Shown: piece after piece, positions 31,242-45,983 of the stretch
How the letters are laid out: every line of letters begins with the position of its first letter
Numbering within the stretch: position 1 is the stretch's first letter
Source: the human T2T-CHM13v2.0 reference genome, Homo sapiens
Assembly: GCF_009914755.1 (NCBI RefSeq)
Contig: NC_060927.1
Length of the DNA: 64,000 nucleotides
Direction: 5' to 3' (one strand)
Translations under genes and position numbers: made by a program
The notes under the pieces: generated by a model
Database searches by the model: none
Seen by the model: the letters and a program-made list of their open reading frames with translations, nothing else
What the model was told of the DNA's origin: nothing

Positions 31242-31533
31242 ATTTTATTTTTTTAATTTCAAGATTTTGCTCTTGTTGCCCAGGCCGGAGTGTAATGGTG
31301 TGATCTTAGCTCACTGCAACCTCCACCTCCCAGGTTCAAGAGATTCTCTGCCTCAGCCTCCCGAGTAGCTGGGATTACAGGTGCCTGCCACTACACCTGG
31401 CTAATTTTCTGTATTTTTAGAAGAGATAGGATTTAACTTGCCAGGCTGGTCTCAAACTCCTGACCTCAGGTAATCCACCCACCTCAGCCTCCCAAAGTGC
31501 TGGGATTACAGGTGTGAGCCACCATGACTGGCC
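31242..31533 (-). mobile_element. AluSq/Sp-like
   Basis: ctcttgttgcccagg diagnostic; 14-bp TSD tgcttacttatttt. Confidence 0.9.
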
Positions 31534-33368
31534 TGCTTACTTATTTTTATAAAGCCAAAGACAATATTAATTTTCAGACTAAAATATACGGTCACTAGGT
31601 GTTTCTTTTACAGTGATAACTTCTAATTAACCTAAGAAACAGAATGTTAAATTAGAAAAAAAAATTCTTAAAGGCATGCAGTTGACATATTTTACAGAAA
31701 TCTATGGGATTAAGAATTTGTACCATTTGTTCAAAGTATCCTGATTGCCAACACAGATTCAGAACTCATAACTGATCTATTGGCTCTCAGGATATGATTG
31801 TTGTACTAAAATTACAGATGTTTCTCATAAGTGTGAGCAAGATGTTATGAATCTCCAAGCATGAAAGATATTCCCAAATCTTAAGAGGGAGAAGATGAAG
31901 GTTGATGGATTTCACACAAAGTAAAGTTGCATAAAGTTACCACAGGTATTTTCAAAAAGTGCATGATCTTTATAATTTAACGCCTGCCTACTTTTTACTT
32001 CCTGTGTATCAGGAAATGAAATTGGAGACTGGTGTAATTGTAACTTAGTACTCAAGAAGTAGGAAGCAGAGATATCTGGGTGGAAAGGTAGGCAGTAGTT
32101 GGATCATAAAGGATGTTATAGGCCTTCATAAAGGGGTGGGCATTGCACTATAAGTTCATTGATCATGTGTATACAGTATGTCTTTAAAAGCCTGAATTGG
32201 AACACCACTAGTTCTTAATTCTCTTAATTCAGTTAGAATAAAAGAAGGTATGGGTTTCTAAAGAGCCTAAAAAACCATAAACATAATTATATCTGTAAAT
32301 GTGTCCCCATACATGCTGGCAAGTAGAAAAATAACTCCATGTTTATTTTCTACCAAGTGCCCTATATAAAAGATAATGATAACATGATTGCTTTTAATAG
32401 TAGGAATTAGGCTTTTAAAGTCAAGACAGTATACACTCAGGATCTAAAGTCTTCTTTAACAGGAAAAGCAACATATTACTCTGAAACAAACAAAAATAAA
32501 ATGGAGGGAAAAAGGAGGTAAATTCAAGGTGGAAGGATAGGAAAAGAGACAGAATTCCAGGAGTCTGACTTCCTACATCATGTCCCATAGCGTTATCTGC
32601 ACACACAGCTCCTCATATACCTTTTTACTTATTTCCTCCTTTTATTACTTTTCTCCGTTGAAGAGGGAAGACATTAGACATGGAAATAATGAGTTTGATT
32701 TGAATGAATTAAGGAATGAATGAGCAAACAAATAAACCAATGGGTTTAGTTGATTCCAGATTTCTTCTGATATTTCAACTTATGTGTTAACATCTGATGT
32801 CATGGGGAATATGTTTTATAATGACAACACAGGTTTTCAGTTATATGGAGCACTGAGCTACATTACAGAAGTGAAATGTTGCTGGTTTTCTTGATTTAAG
32901 TCTGCTAGTTCAGTATTTTTTTAAATGAGAAATGTGAATCATTTATGTTTCGAGGTATACCCGGAGAGTTATATAAAAAGCATTAAATTTCAAATAGAGT
33001 GAAGCTATACTCATTTAAAAAGTGCTCTTCTATAACACTACAATCCCCAGGAGGAAGAAGAAAATGACAACTGATGAAAGTAAAGCTTCTGTTCCAAGAA
33101 TAATTTTTACTTTAGTTCAAAGTATTCTGAACAAGTGGAATATTAACATGACAGTACTAAAAGTGATTCAGGTCACTCTACATTTGAATCTTTACCTATA
33201 CATTATGAAACTAAAGAAGAAGTCAAACCAGGGTGGAAAACAAAACAACTTTTTTTAAAACAAAACTGGCAGTAAGCTATTGATAAAAAAGATTCCAGTA
33301 CCCATAAAGAAATCTAAAGGTTATTTTTAAAAAAATTCTTAAAGTTAGAGACTTGATTACTTGAGAAT

Positions 33369-33740
33369 TGACATGGTTAGGCTTTGTGTCCCCACCCAAA
33401 TCTCATCTTGAATTGTAATTCCCATAATCCCCACATGTCAAGGGAGAGACCAGGTGGAGATAACAGAATCATGGGGGCAGTTTCCCCCATGCTGTTCTTG
33501 TGATAGTGAGTTCTCACAAGATCTGCTGGTTTTACAAGGGGCTCTTCCACCTTTGCTTGGCATTTCTCCTTCCTGCAGCCTTGTGAAGGTGCCTTGCTTC
33601 CCCTTCACCTTCTGCCTTGACTGTAAGTTTCCTGAGGCCTCCCCAGCTATGCTTAACTGTAACTCAATTAAACCTCTTTCCTTTATAAATTACCCAGTCT
33701 CAGGCAGTTCTTTACAGCAGTATGAAAATGGACTAATAAA
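33369..33740 (+). mobile_element. THE1C-like solo LTR
   Basis: tgacatggttaggctttgtgtccccacccaaatctcatcttgaattgt...ggactaata; perfect 5-bp TSD AGAAT. Confidence 0.9.
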
Positions 33741-35177
33741 AGAATGAATAAAATATGTGTATTTAGCTGTCCAGTATAACTTTCTCCTTACTATTGCCCA
33801 ATGTAGTATAAAGTTACAAAGATCTTTCTGAGAAGCCAGAAAATGTTTCACAAAATACCATTTGTGTCTCAATGATGGCAAGATTTTTAAGCAGGTTATT
33901 TTTTAAGTTCACATTTAAAAAGTCATTAGACATTATTTCATTTTCAAATTTATGATTAATTTTTAAATTTTGTTTAGTTAGCAGATTCTTAAAATTACAT
34001 TCTACCTTGCCTGTCAATATTTAAATCAGAAAGATATGTTCTTAATTCTTATATTTTAATTTATGCTTTACTTGATATTTTAAAACATCTGTACATGTTT
34101 ATATATTTAAAATGAATTAAATATTTGGTTTCTTCTCTTGTTTTTTATAATTCTATGTAGCGTTTAATAAGAAAATCCTTTAATGCCCTTATTTTCATAT
34201 TATATGGAATTAAAATTGCAGTATCAGGGTTGGTGTTTTTTTCCCTAATGTGATCACTGGACATAGTAGTCAATTTGCCTGCCTAAACCAGCATGTTCAT
34301 AGCAACATTCCTGGGTCACATGATAAGGCCATATGACTCTACTCCCTCTGCCTCAGCTGACTGAATTAGGAAAGGATAGCATTTCCGTGATAACCAAATA
34401 AGCACCAGAAAGCTGAGTAAAATACATTCACTGAGGTCATCCTATGCATAAAGTTGATGTTTTTTATTTTATATTTATTTTTGAACACGAAGCATACTTA
34501 GCCAATGATTATTTAAAAAAAAATAAACCATAATGTCACATAACCATTAATACTAGTTCTAACTGAAGAGTTAACAATATTTTAAAGTAATTTAAAGTGA
34601 TTGAAACTCATCTTTTCATTAAACTTGCCAATCAGAATGGCATGTAAATTGTTTTCTTTAGGCCCCAGTTTTTTTCATTTATTCAAAGTTTAATAATCTT
34701 AACTGGCTGTAATCTCAAATTATCAGTCAATTGCTTCAAGCCTACTCTTACTTAGACTATTACTGATCTCATACATAACTTTCCTGTGGCTTCCTATTCC
34801 AAGCTGGTTTGGCTAAAGCATATCATATTTTTACCAACAATCTCCAAAACAAGTTTCCTAAATATTTACACAGCATTTTCTGCTTATCTGTATCACTGAA
34901 CCTAGTGCATGCATTACTATAAAGGTATTTGTCTATCACTTGCCTGTATTCCCTTTTGGGTTTTAAGGCCTTGAGGGCAAGAACTATTTTTCATCTCTGA
35001 ATACATACCACTTAGTAATACCTGGTATATCATAGATACATATAAATGTCTTAAGCATAAAGAAATCTTACAACATTTTAGAATGCATTATGAATATATT
35101 AAATTTATAGTTTAAATTAATATACACCTCAAATACACTAACTTTTCAGACTGAATTTGCTCTAAGTCAATTTGCCT

Positions 35178-35178
<1 letters not shown>

Positions 35179-35228
<50 letters not shown>
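35179..35228. repeat. Compound (CT)n(GT)n microsatellite
   Basis: Read directly. Confidence 0.95.
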
Positions 35229-35231
<3 letters not shown>

Positions 35232-36312
35232 AATTCTGTGCACAGGTACCATAAAAACAGTAAATTTCATCTGATGCTCTATCTGATGCATATATACACA
35301 CATAATTATATACACACAAAGGAAACAGTCAATTCATAATAAATGTTAACTGAGCAATATGATATTGGCTTATCCCAAAAATAAAAACAAATTGAGGCAA
35401 CCCTCAGACTTCCTCACACATGAAAGCTAAGGCTGTTTCAGCAGCATCGTTCAGTAGACATCATTATGACTAAAAAACTCAGAAGGTAAATTGGTGAGAC
35501 TTAATGCAGAAATGGCTTAATTTATCACATAACATAAATTAGGAAAAGAACATTGATTTTTAACAAATCACTACATTTACTGATATTTTAAAGTAGAAAT
35601 GAAATAATCTTTTATTTTAAACAATGTACTATCAGACAACATTCTAAAAAACACAATTAAATGGAATTAGGACATCAGCATTCAGGTACCATATAGTTAA
35701 TGGAGTAACTGATAATATTAAAATATAGTAACCGTCAATTTAAATAATAGTTAACTATAAGCTATATGCCTGCAAATACTCTGTGTTTTATATAAGTATA
35801 ACAGTGTTAAGTCATTTCACCCTCAAAACAATCTGACGAAGCAGGCACCCACTTTATCACTGAGCCGATGAAGGCATAGTTGATGCATCTTACCCAGATC
35901 ACACAGCCAAAAAGGGAAAGGCACAGATTCCAACCCAACAGTATTCTTAACCACTATGCTGTACCTTTTCTCTAAAAAGTATTCATAAACCATGTATTTG
36001 TGGCTAACTAATCTAGATACTGATCTCAGAGTAATTTTCATTACAATTTTTCTCAAATTGGAAATCAGAAGAAAAAGGCAACTGACCAGCTGCCGAAATT
36101 TTCTGGTTGTGCAAACTGAGGCATGTCCCTATATGTCTCTGAGTCGAAGTTTTAGCAAAATGGACTTAGAATGTCTACGTAGCATGCCTTATTATTCTTA
36201 TAACTTTTGGCCCCAGGTTTCTTTTGAACAAATATCTGGTATAAAAAATAAAAAGGAAATGGAATGTTCATTTAGATAATAGATATGAAGTGTTTTAGAA
36301 AGTATAGAATGA

Positions 36313-36620
<308 letters not shown>

Positions 36621-37245
36621 CTATGTCGATGTTACTGACAAAAATAATTTAGTTATTGCTGATCTCCCTTCTATATTCAATTATTTCATATATGATAGAA
36701 TAAAAAAATACAAATCTATTTATTCATAAAACCATTCACAATAACCTAGCAAATCAAAAAAGCATAGTAAATATTTCACAGCTATAACCAGAGTGAAAGA
36801 ATTTTTTTGAAATTCAAAATTAGAATACATAAGACAAAAACAAAACAAAACAAATCAGCCAAACTGGTATTCTGAGAAAATCTACATTAATCTTAATGAC
36901 TTTTGATAAACAGAACATATATCTGAATGCCTGACAAATAAATTTACGTAAACATGTTTTTATAAAAATATGTGCTATACAAATGTATAGTTGTTTTATT
37001 TCTTTTGACTCACTGTTTCTCTCCTGGAGGAAAATAAAAAATAAAATTCCAGAAAATTAACAAGTTTAGAAATGCCTAAAAGATAAGTAAACAATCAAGT
37101 TGTTTCTTAGTTTTGAAAAAATTTCTTAAATTGCTCTTTTTAAATATTAATTTCTATATGCCATTAGAAAATATCACCTTGCTTATAACTAAAACTGGTT
37201 ATTGCAGCTAATGAACTAATGCTAAAACAGTATTACTATCTGTAG

Positions 37246-37797
37246 TTTTACTCAGAAAACATACAAACAAAGGAATATTCTTTAATACATGGGAAGGTAG
37301 CCTTGTATTTGTTACTTTAAAAAAAATGCTGTAGTTTTCAATTTTCTCACCTTGGTATAAGGTTCCTCATCAGCCCCATCTCTTACTATTTCTAGTTTTT
37401 TCATGTAGACTTTTTTTCCTCACAAGTGACAAATCTTACTTTTTAACCTCCTGCTAAAAGCCTTAATCATTCTTTGTTCACATTCAATAATGTTTTAAGG
37501 TGTACGTCAACCTAGAATTATTTTTCAGTCAGTAATAGCACAAAGTGAGGTATTTTCTCTCTGAGTATTCATGGCAGCTTAAAAAATTGAAATTTAACCT
37601 AATAAACATTTTATTACATTGTATGATGAAGGTAATGCATTAGGCAATGTATCATACTTACTTATTATACATGATGACTATAATAATCATAGTTATCAAA
37701 TAGAAAAATATTTTATCCTAAATTTAGGATATGACCATCCTGTTTTAGATTGTAAATTCTCTGAAAGCAGTTATCATCTTCTATTTTATGTAATTAT
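37246..37797 (+). repeat. Inverted repeat copy A (552 bp, intron 12)
   Basis: Reverse complement of 45984-46538, aligned by hand: 5 substitutions plus one 3-nt indel. Confidence 0.97.
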
Positions 37798-37914
37798 GTA
37801 TCTACAGATACATAAGGATTTCCTTCTGTAGATGATAGTAATTTTATACTTTTGTACATGAAATAAAGCATTTAAAATATCTCACTAGGTCCTCAGTTTC
37901 CTTACTTTACATGG

Positions 37915-38350
37915 TGACATGGTTATTTGCATAGGTTCATACAGTTTACTTATTCATCAGGATATAGTTACATAAATTGGCTGTATAACTAAGGCCTTAC
38001 GGAGTGCCCATATTGGAGAATGATGCATCCTGAGTCAGGTAGAACCATTGCTTTTAAGGAACTAAGGCTGACTTTATTTATGGAACCAATCATTGCAAAG
38101 TCCATCCAGGGAACTTGACCTGATACCTGGCTGATGCGATACAGTCTCACAACTCAGGAAGGTCACTTCCTGGAAGGCTAGGGATGTCAACAAATTTCAG
38201 TGACCCTGAGAATAGAGGATACACCCAAAGGTACAGGTAGTATACGTGAAATCTGTGTATGCTTTCTCGGGGTTGGCTTCCTAACCTCCAGTTAGTAAAA
38301 AATAAAGGCTTTTAAAAGTTCAATCTGAGATTTCTTACAAAAATTTCCAA
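37915..38350 (+). mobile_element. MER4-group ERV1 internal fragment
   Basis: Collinear similarity to the MER41 internal region at ~10780-11160 (gttatttgcata, tttaaggaa, gtcactt, atctgagatt). Confidence 0.55.
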
Positions 38351-38379
38351 GTAGAAGTGAATAATTCAAAGATCCAGGG

Positions 38380-38671
38380 CTTTTTAAAAATTAGAGATAG
38401 GGTCTTGCTTTGTCACCCTAGCTGGAGTGCATGATTATAGTTTACTACAACCTCAGACTCCTGGGCTCAAACAGTCCCTCTGCCTCAGCCTCCTGATTAG
38501 CTAGGGTACAGGCACGCACCACCACACCCAGCATTTTTTTTTTCTTCTTTTGGTAGAGATGGGGCTTTTCCATATTGTCCAGGTTGGTCTCTAACTCTTC
38601 GCCTCAAGCCATCCTCCTCCCTCAGCCTCCCAAAGGAATCAGATTAAAGGTGTGAGGCACCACCCACCCTG
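38380..38671 (-). mobile_element. AluJ
   Basis: Diverged Alu with J-type ctcctgggctcaa and agggtcttgct. Confidence 0.85.
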
Positions 38672-39319
38672 AGTCTTTTATTGTAGAAAAATAAAACAGC
38701 CTTTTGTATATATTCCCCAGTCTTTGTGTCTTTCTCTAGTCTAAAAGCTGTAAAAATTTCCTAAAACTCGAATGTTTCAATGTCTGCTGTTCACCAACTA
38801 GAAGTCAATTTTTATATTTTATTTCAAGAGCTTTCAGACAAAAATGACCTTTCAGTATTCATATTTTTCTATTTTAAAAAATAAATTTCTTTTTGTCCAA
38901 CACAATATCTCTGAACCTAAGTTCACACATTTATAACACAAGTATACTGGTATAAAATTATCTCAAAGAAGACCAATAATACTAGCTTGCTATGTTATAA
39001 TATGATAATTATATCTTTCTTAGATTTAATGTGCAAATACTATAACAATAAAATTAACTCAGAATGATTAAATTCAGAACCATAATTCCGGATGTTAAAA
39101 ACAGGTAAGCCCGCTTGACAGCAATATTCAATTAAATATCAGCTTTTAGACTATACTTTTGTATCATATATTAATATAATAACCTTATAGTGATTTAATT
39201 TTATTCTTGCAATTTACACGACAGTATATGAAATAAATAGTTGTAATTTTATATTCTAAATCTGAAAAGCCAAATCAAAATATTCTACATGATTTATGTC
39301 ATTATAAGTTAACATTTTA

Positions 39320-39526
<207 letters not shown>

Positions 39527-41265
39527 CTACAGAAATAAAAGTAATGGAGATAAATGAAAAAAAAAAGTGCTAAGTAGTTGTGATTTACAATAGAACAATG
39601 CATGGTTACAAATGTTAGGAAACATCGTAGAAGAGGTGTGTAGATTAATATTAATTTCAGGTATTTTCCACTGGTGATTTTCTAGGCTCAAGGCAAGCTG
39701 GTAAAATATGTTAGACTTCAACACATTTGTTTTCAGGACTGGACTGATTTTTATTTTTAAAATAGGTTGGTGAAAGATTCATGATAAGGTACCTGAATAT
39801 CTGTTATATGTGAGCTGACACCTCACATTTTCTGAAACATTTATTATAATGTTGAGAATATTAAATAGATTTTTAAAATAGATTGTATATAATGATTTTA
39901 TTTGCTTTGAAAGAAGTTTCTGAAAAATCATTGATATATAATATATATATATTATTTTGCTCATATATATGAGTAATATAATATGTGTATAAATATATCA
40001 CAATAGTTCCTTCCTGCCCTCAGCAGAGAAAATAAGTTGAGAACATTTATTTAAGTGTAAATTTGCTTTCTCATTGTATTTGCCATTTAATCTAAATTTA
40101 GTTTGTTTTACCTGAAAATATAATAATTATTAACTGAGGCAGGTAACTCAGAAATGCCCTGAGTAACAGCAGAGAGACCTCCTAAAAATCTGAATTATTT
40201 ACAGTTCAAAACAGCTAATGCAGTGTTCATCATGGACAAAACAATAACATAGAGTAAAATGTAAAATAGAAATTAATCCATAATCTCAGTACCCTATTAC
40301 AATTCTTTTCATTTTCTAGAAAAGAAATTTGTTTACAATCTTTTCTATCTTTAACCTACTTTAATTAAAATGATCTTTCTTTAAAAATTGTTATAGGATT
40401 TATATCACTACTTCTTAAACAACTCACCTTCTCTACTTCTTTTGAATTCTTTAATTATGTTTTTAGCTATAATTATTTATTTCTACAATCTCTGATTCTA
40501 TTATAAAATTATTTTAATAACTTTGGATCAGGTTCATAGATAAAGCTTATTCTCATACCAAGTTGCCCTCTTATAAAATCCTGTTGAGATACTGGTGAAA
40601 TTAAGTTAAGTTTACAAATTTAATTGTTAAGGATTTATCTAAAAAGTTTAAAATAACATCCACATTTTTACTATAAATTATATGTTTATTTATTCATTTT
40701 TATGTATTCATATACATTTATATTTTTTATCAGGCTTAAGAATCAAAGTACATTTGCTTTTAGAAAGAACTAGGCAACTTGCATTATTTCTGCTATCCTG
40801 AGAATTCCTGAATATATAAGATAGGATTGCCTGAATTTTTAAAGTATGAAATAATTCTTGGTAAATCTTTTTCTTTACAGATTAGGTAGAAATTTACGTA
40901 AGAAATCTATCTTTTTCATCTTCCATTTGTTCATGCCACTTATTTGTTTACTCTTTCATTCATATAAAATAAACATATGCTGGGAATTCACTATGTGCTG
41001 CAACTTCAAGGAGTTTGCAATAGAAAGCTATAATTTATGCATATATTTTAATTTCCAAATTGTTATGTATTTGGTAAGAGTTTCCCCCTCCCCACCCCCA
41101 CCACTCACCTATTAAACAAATATTATTCTTTTCTAGATTGGGTTCTTCTTTTTTAGATAAGTATTTATCTTATCTGCTCTACAGACAAGGATAATGTAAA
41201 TTGAAGTTGATAAGAAAGCACAGCCCCAATTTGGAAGATGCAAAATTTAACATGCGTTTACTTCA

Positions 41266-41446
41266 GAGGTCATCAAGTTTCTCTAAGGGTGGGCCACTTT
41301 CTCTGTCTCAGCTACTCAAATGCATCATTTTGGCACAAAGGAGAATACGTAAACAAATCAGCATGGCTGTGTTCCAAGTAACCTTATTTACAAAAACAGG
41401 CAGCAGGTAGGATTTGGCCCATGGGCCTTGGTTACCCAACCCCTGC
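41266..41446. mobile_element. MER58A-like hAT-Charlie
   Basis: catggctgtgttccaagtaaccttatttacaaaaacaggcagcagg...gatttggccc...aacccctg. Confidence 0.75.
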
Positions 41447-42531
41447 TTTACTTACATTTTCTTAACAATTAGAGGAGACACCTGAAAAAATCATGTTTGC
41501 GTTAAATGGCCAATTTCTGCAAAAATGATAGAGAAACTTATTTAGTTTCAATTTTTTAATAAAGATACTTTAAGTAACTTCAAACATTTTATTGTCTACA
41601 TTTTAATCTACAAAAAGTAAATTTTATGTTGATGTGTATGAGGATTAATATGACCTTAAATAAGTGACCTTTTTTCTCCATTTTAAAAATATTTATTAAG
41701 TGATTACTAGGATCAGTCACAGTGCTAAAGGCTGGAAATAGAAAGACAATGAAAAAAAAATTCTGTTCCTAAAACATAATGGAAACTTGGAGGATGGGAC
41801 AACTAATTTTTCCCTACATGACCCAAGGAAGGCTTTATATAGAATGTGTCAGAGCCAGACAATTAGGTCTGAGTAGGAACTTCCCAGATGCAGATGCGTG
41901 GGGAAAAGCACAAGATTGGAAAAAGCTGACCTATTTGGAATGGGTAGGGATTTCAAAGTATTGAAGAACAGGAGGCTTGGAGAGTTGGGCAGAGAATAAT
42001 GCTGGAAACCGGCTTGAGCCAAAATAGGAGTGGCTTTGAATTACAGGCTTCGACCAGTATATCTGGGTTGACAAGACGAGCTTTCCTCTTTAGAAAATAA
42101 CTTAGGCTGTATTCGAGAAGACAGACTAAGGCTGGATGGAACAGGGGTCAGGGAGGTCAATTAGCAGGAGATTTCAGTGACTGAGGGGAAAAACTGAAGA
42201 ATGCTTGTCAAAAGCATAAAAGAATACCTCTAGAAGGCAGCCTAAGACGGAAACTAAAATAAACCTGGTCCAGCACCAATTTTCTTCATTATGACAAGGG
42301 AAAACATATAATACTTGCAACTGCAATGTATAATCTATTAATTATAGTTTGGCAGGACAAACATACTACTGCATTTTGAAACTGGAGTTTCTCCATCTAC
42401 AAATTTAACATTTTTTCCAATATACGTAGTTTTCCTGTAAAGATATATATTAATACACACACACACATACACACATTATAGTAACTACAGAGATTTATAT
42501 TTCGATATGTTTATATTTAAATATGTTATTA

Positions 42532-42705
<174 letters not shown>

Positions 42706-43704
42706 CTAGACACAAGAGAGAAAAATAAGCTTCTGAGTAAAGCATTATTTTTCTTATTTTTAAATCACAATCTGAAGTTATGCATTATATCAGTGCAAAC
42801 TATTTGATAAGCACATATTAGTCCACCCATATAGCAAAGTTATCACTGTTTAAACTTTTACTGAAATCACAGCTTTTATACAGAATGTCCAAATGACAGT
42901 GGTGTAGAGTGTGTTTGTGTGTGTGTGTGTGGTGTTTGCTTTTGTGCAGACAGTTTAATCATTATATTTTAGGATCTTTGCAACTATTTTTCTGTAATAA
43001 CTGCCACCTCTTGATTAATGCCCACAGTAATGTTATTGCACGGCATGTCTTCCTATAACTTGTACATGGTAGAGATACACTTGTTATATTTATTTGTTTA
43101 TATGAAAAAAATTAGTAAAAAGAGTGTTTCGCTTCATTTTTACAAAGTGATAAAACAACTGTTTCAAAATTTAAAGTTAATTATCATCAAATAATTACCC
43201 TCTTAACAGACCACACATTTTGTGTCTGCATTTCAATTTCTAGTCGGTGTTCAGTCTGGCTCTGTCCCTCTAACACTATACTTTTATGCAACTGAACTTG
43301 CTGAGGTTAAGCTTGTGGTGTGAGCTTAAGTTAGTAATTGCTCTCCCTTAAGTAGATACTTGCTATACATATTGACACTGCTGATCCTATCTCCTGCCCC
43401 TGAACTTTTCCCTTTATTAATCTACCACTGTGAAACTCTTGCTTTATATTGTTTTGTTTCTTCCCGCCACTCCCGACATACTATAAATTCTCTTCCTCTG
43501 TTTGTCCTATAAAGGCTGGTGTTCCTCAGGATTATGTCCTAAATTTACTCTCCCTCTTTAATTCAACACACTGTCATACAATTATGAGAACATAAGCAGT
43601 TCTGATCATTGCAGTGCGAATCTTTGGGCACCAGAGGGCAGAACGTGGAAGGCAGAAGAGCAACCATCCATAGATGTTCACAACCTAATCCACGAGCATC
43701 TTTC

Positions 43705-44005
43705 TAAAAAGCAGGCATGAGTGTCAAAATAAGAGAAAGATTTGAAGATGCTATACTGCTGCTTTGAGGATAGAGGAAGGAGCAATGAGCCAAGGAATAT
43801 AGGCAGCTTTTAGAAGTGAGAAAAGGCAAGGAAATGGCTTCTCCCTTACAGCCTCCAGAAGAAATGCAGCCCTGTTTACACTTTGATTTTAGTCCCAGTA
43901 AAACCCATTTCATTTTTGTAACACATAGAACTGTTGTGAATTTGTGCTGTTTAAGCCACTAAGCTTGTGGTAAATTGGATATGGGAATAATAGGAAACTA
44001 ATGTA
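43705..44005 (+). mobile_element. MLT1D-like LTR fragment
   Basis: tttgaagatgctatactgctg...agccaaggaat...cagcctccagaagaaatgcagccctg...taagccactaag. Confidence 0.75.
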
Positions 44006-45440
44006 TAGACCTACACAAATGGGCCAGACTAATTTTTGATAAAAGGGCAACAGAAATTCAATGGAAGGTGGGCGGATGTTTCAACAAATGATGCTTAAAG
44101 AATTGGATACCCATGGGTAAAAAGAGAACGATAAAGAACCTTGAGCTAAGTCTTATATATTGCACAGAACTTAACTCAAAATGGATCATGGGCTTAAATA
44201 TAAAAAATAAAAACTATAAAACATTTAGTAAAAACCATAAGAGAGTCAAAAATTTCTTAAACTTGATACCAAAAGAGAGACCTATACAAGGGAAAAAATG
44301 ATAAACTAGCTTCATCAAAATTTTTAAAAAATTGCTCTGTGAAAAGCCAATGTGAAGAGGATGAAAGAACAAGCATCAGACTAGGAGAAAAAAATTGTCA
44401 ACCATGTATCCGGCAAAGAAGTTGAATCTAAAATATATAAAGAACCCTCAAAACTCCACAGTAAATAAACAATGCAATCAAGAAATGGTTAAAAGATATG
44501 AACAGATACCTCACCAAAGAGGATATGCAGGAGGCAAATAAGCACATGTTTGGTATCCAGCATCATAAACCATTTGAAAAATAATAAAACCACAATGAGA
44601 TGTCACTACACACTGATTATAATAGCTAAAATAAAACATAGTGACAACACCAAATGCTGGTGAGGATGTATAGAGGCAGGTCTCTCAAACATCACTAGTC
44701 AGAATGTAAAATGTTACAGCTACTTTGGAAAACAGTTTAGCAGTTTCTTAAAAAATTAAACAGGGAATTACTGTATGGTTCAGTAATTGTAGTGTTTGAG
44801 CATTTATCTCATAGTTATGAAAACTTATGTTGATAAAAAATGAGTACACACATGTATACAGTAACTTTATTCATAATAGCCATAAGCTGGAAGCAACCTG
44901 GATGTTTTTCAATGGGTGAATGGTTAAACTGTGGTATACCCCTGCCTTGGAATCCTATTCAGTGCTGTTGAATGCGCTGTTGATATATGCAACAAGAATG
45001 CTGGATATAACAACATTGGAGGTTTTCTTGGATAAATCTCGAGAAAATTTTGCTAACTGAAAATGCCAATCCAGAAAGGTCACAAACTGCATGATTCCAT
45101 TTATATAATATTTTTGAAATGACGAAATTATAGGAATGGAGATCTCATTCGTGGTTGCCAGCGGTTAAGGCATTATTAGAAGCAAGCAAGATGAAAATAA
45201 GTAGGCGTTACTCTAAAGGCAACATGAGGGAATCTTGTGGCAATGAACGTGTTTTGCACCTTGAGTATATCAATGTGAGTATCTTGGTTAAAAGATTGTT
45301 CTATACCTTTGCAAGAAGCTACCACTGGGGAAAACTGATGAATGAGCATACCAGATCTCACTGTATTATTTCTTACAGCTGCATGTGAATCTACAATTAT
45401 CCTAATATCTCAAAAATGTTTAATTAGAAAAACTATATTT
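44006..45440 (+). mobile_element. L1MC-like fragment (ORF2 3' end and 3' UTR)
   Basis: Degenerate ORF2 motifs (aattggatacccat, aactcaaaatggatc, ctggtgaggatgt) and an L1MC-type 3' end. Confidence 0.8.
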
Positions 45441-45983
45441 ATTAAAAATACTAGGTGCTCAATAAATATTTGGTGGAATTAACAGATCAATGAATGAGTT
45501 CATTAGACACATACATTACCTTAACATAAACACTTCAAAAATGATCAAATAAAATGAAAGGAAATACAGCAAATTTGGCATAATTTAGATAGTCAAATAT
45601 TTGTTCAGTAATTGATTAAACTAAGAATGATATTCAAAACTAATGATATTGAAATAATACAACTAGGAAATGATACATAATTTGCTTTTGAACAACAAAA
45701 ACATGAATAAAATCTAGCATTCTAATTTAACTCATACTGTATGGGTAGACAACATCACAGGCCATATACATTCTGAGTACAGTTGTCATCTGATTTAATA
45801 ACTCTTGTGTGTTTTATTGACATATAGGGAGAATGGGAGCCACTTATTGAATTGTTTTTAAATGCACCAGTTACAAAAGTAGAGGAAAATCACTATGTCT
45901 AAGGGTTTTATTGTAATACTATTTTAACTTTAGTTTTATTAACTAAGGGGGGACCCAGTTTGGTGATACAATAAGAATTTTAA

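Noticed and set aside
37619-37831. Near-identical ORFs MYDEGNALGNV... at 37619(+) and 45980-46162(-) as a duplicated small gene
   Set aside because: They start at TTG, are AT-rich, resemble no protein I recognise and diverge at the repeat boundary. They are a by-product of the inverted duplication.
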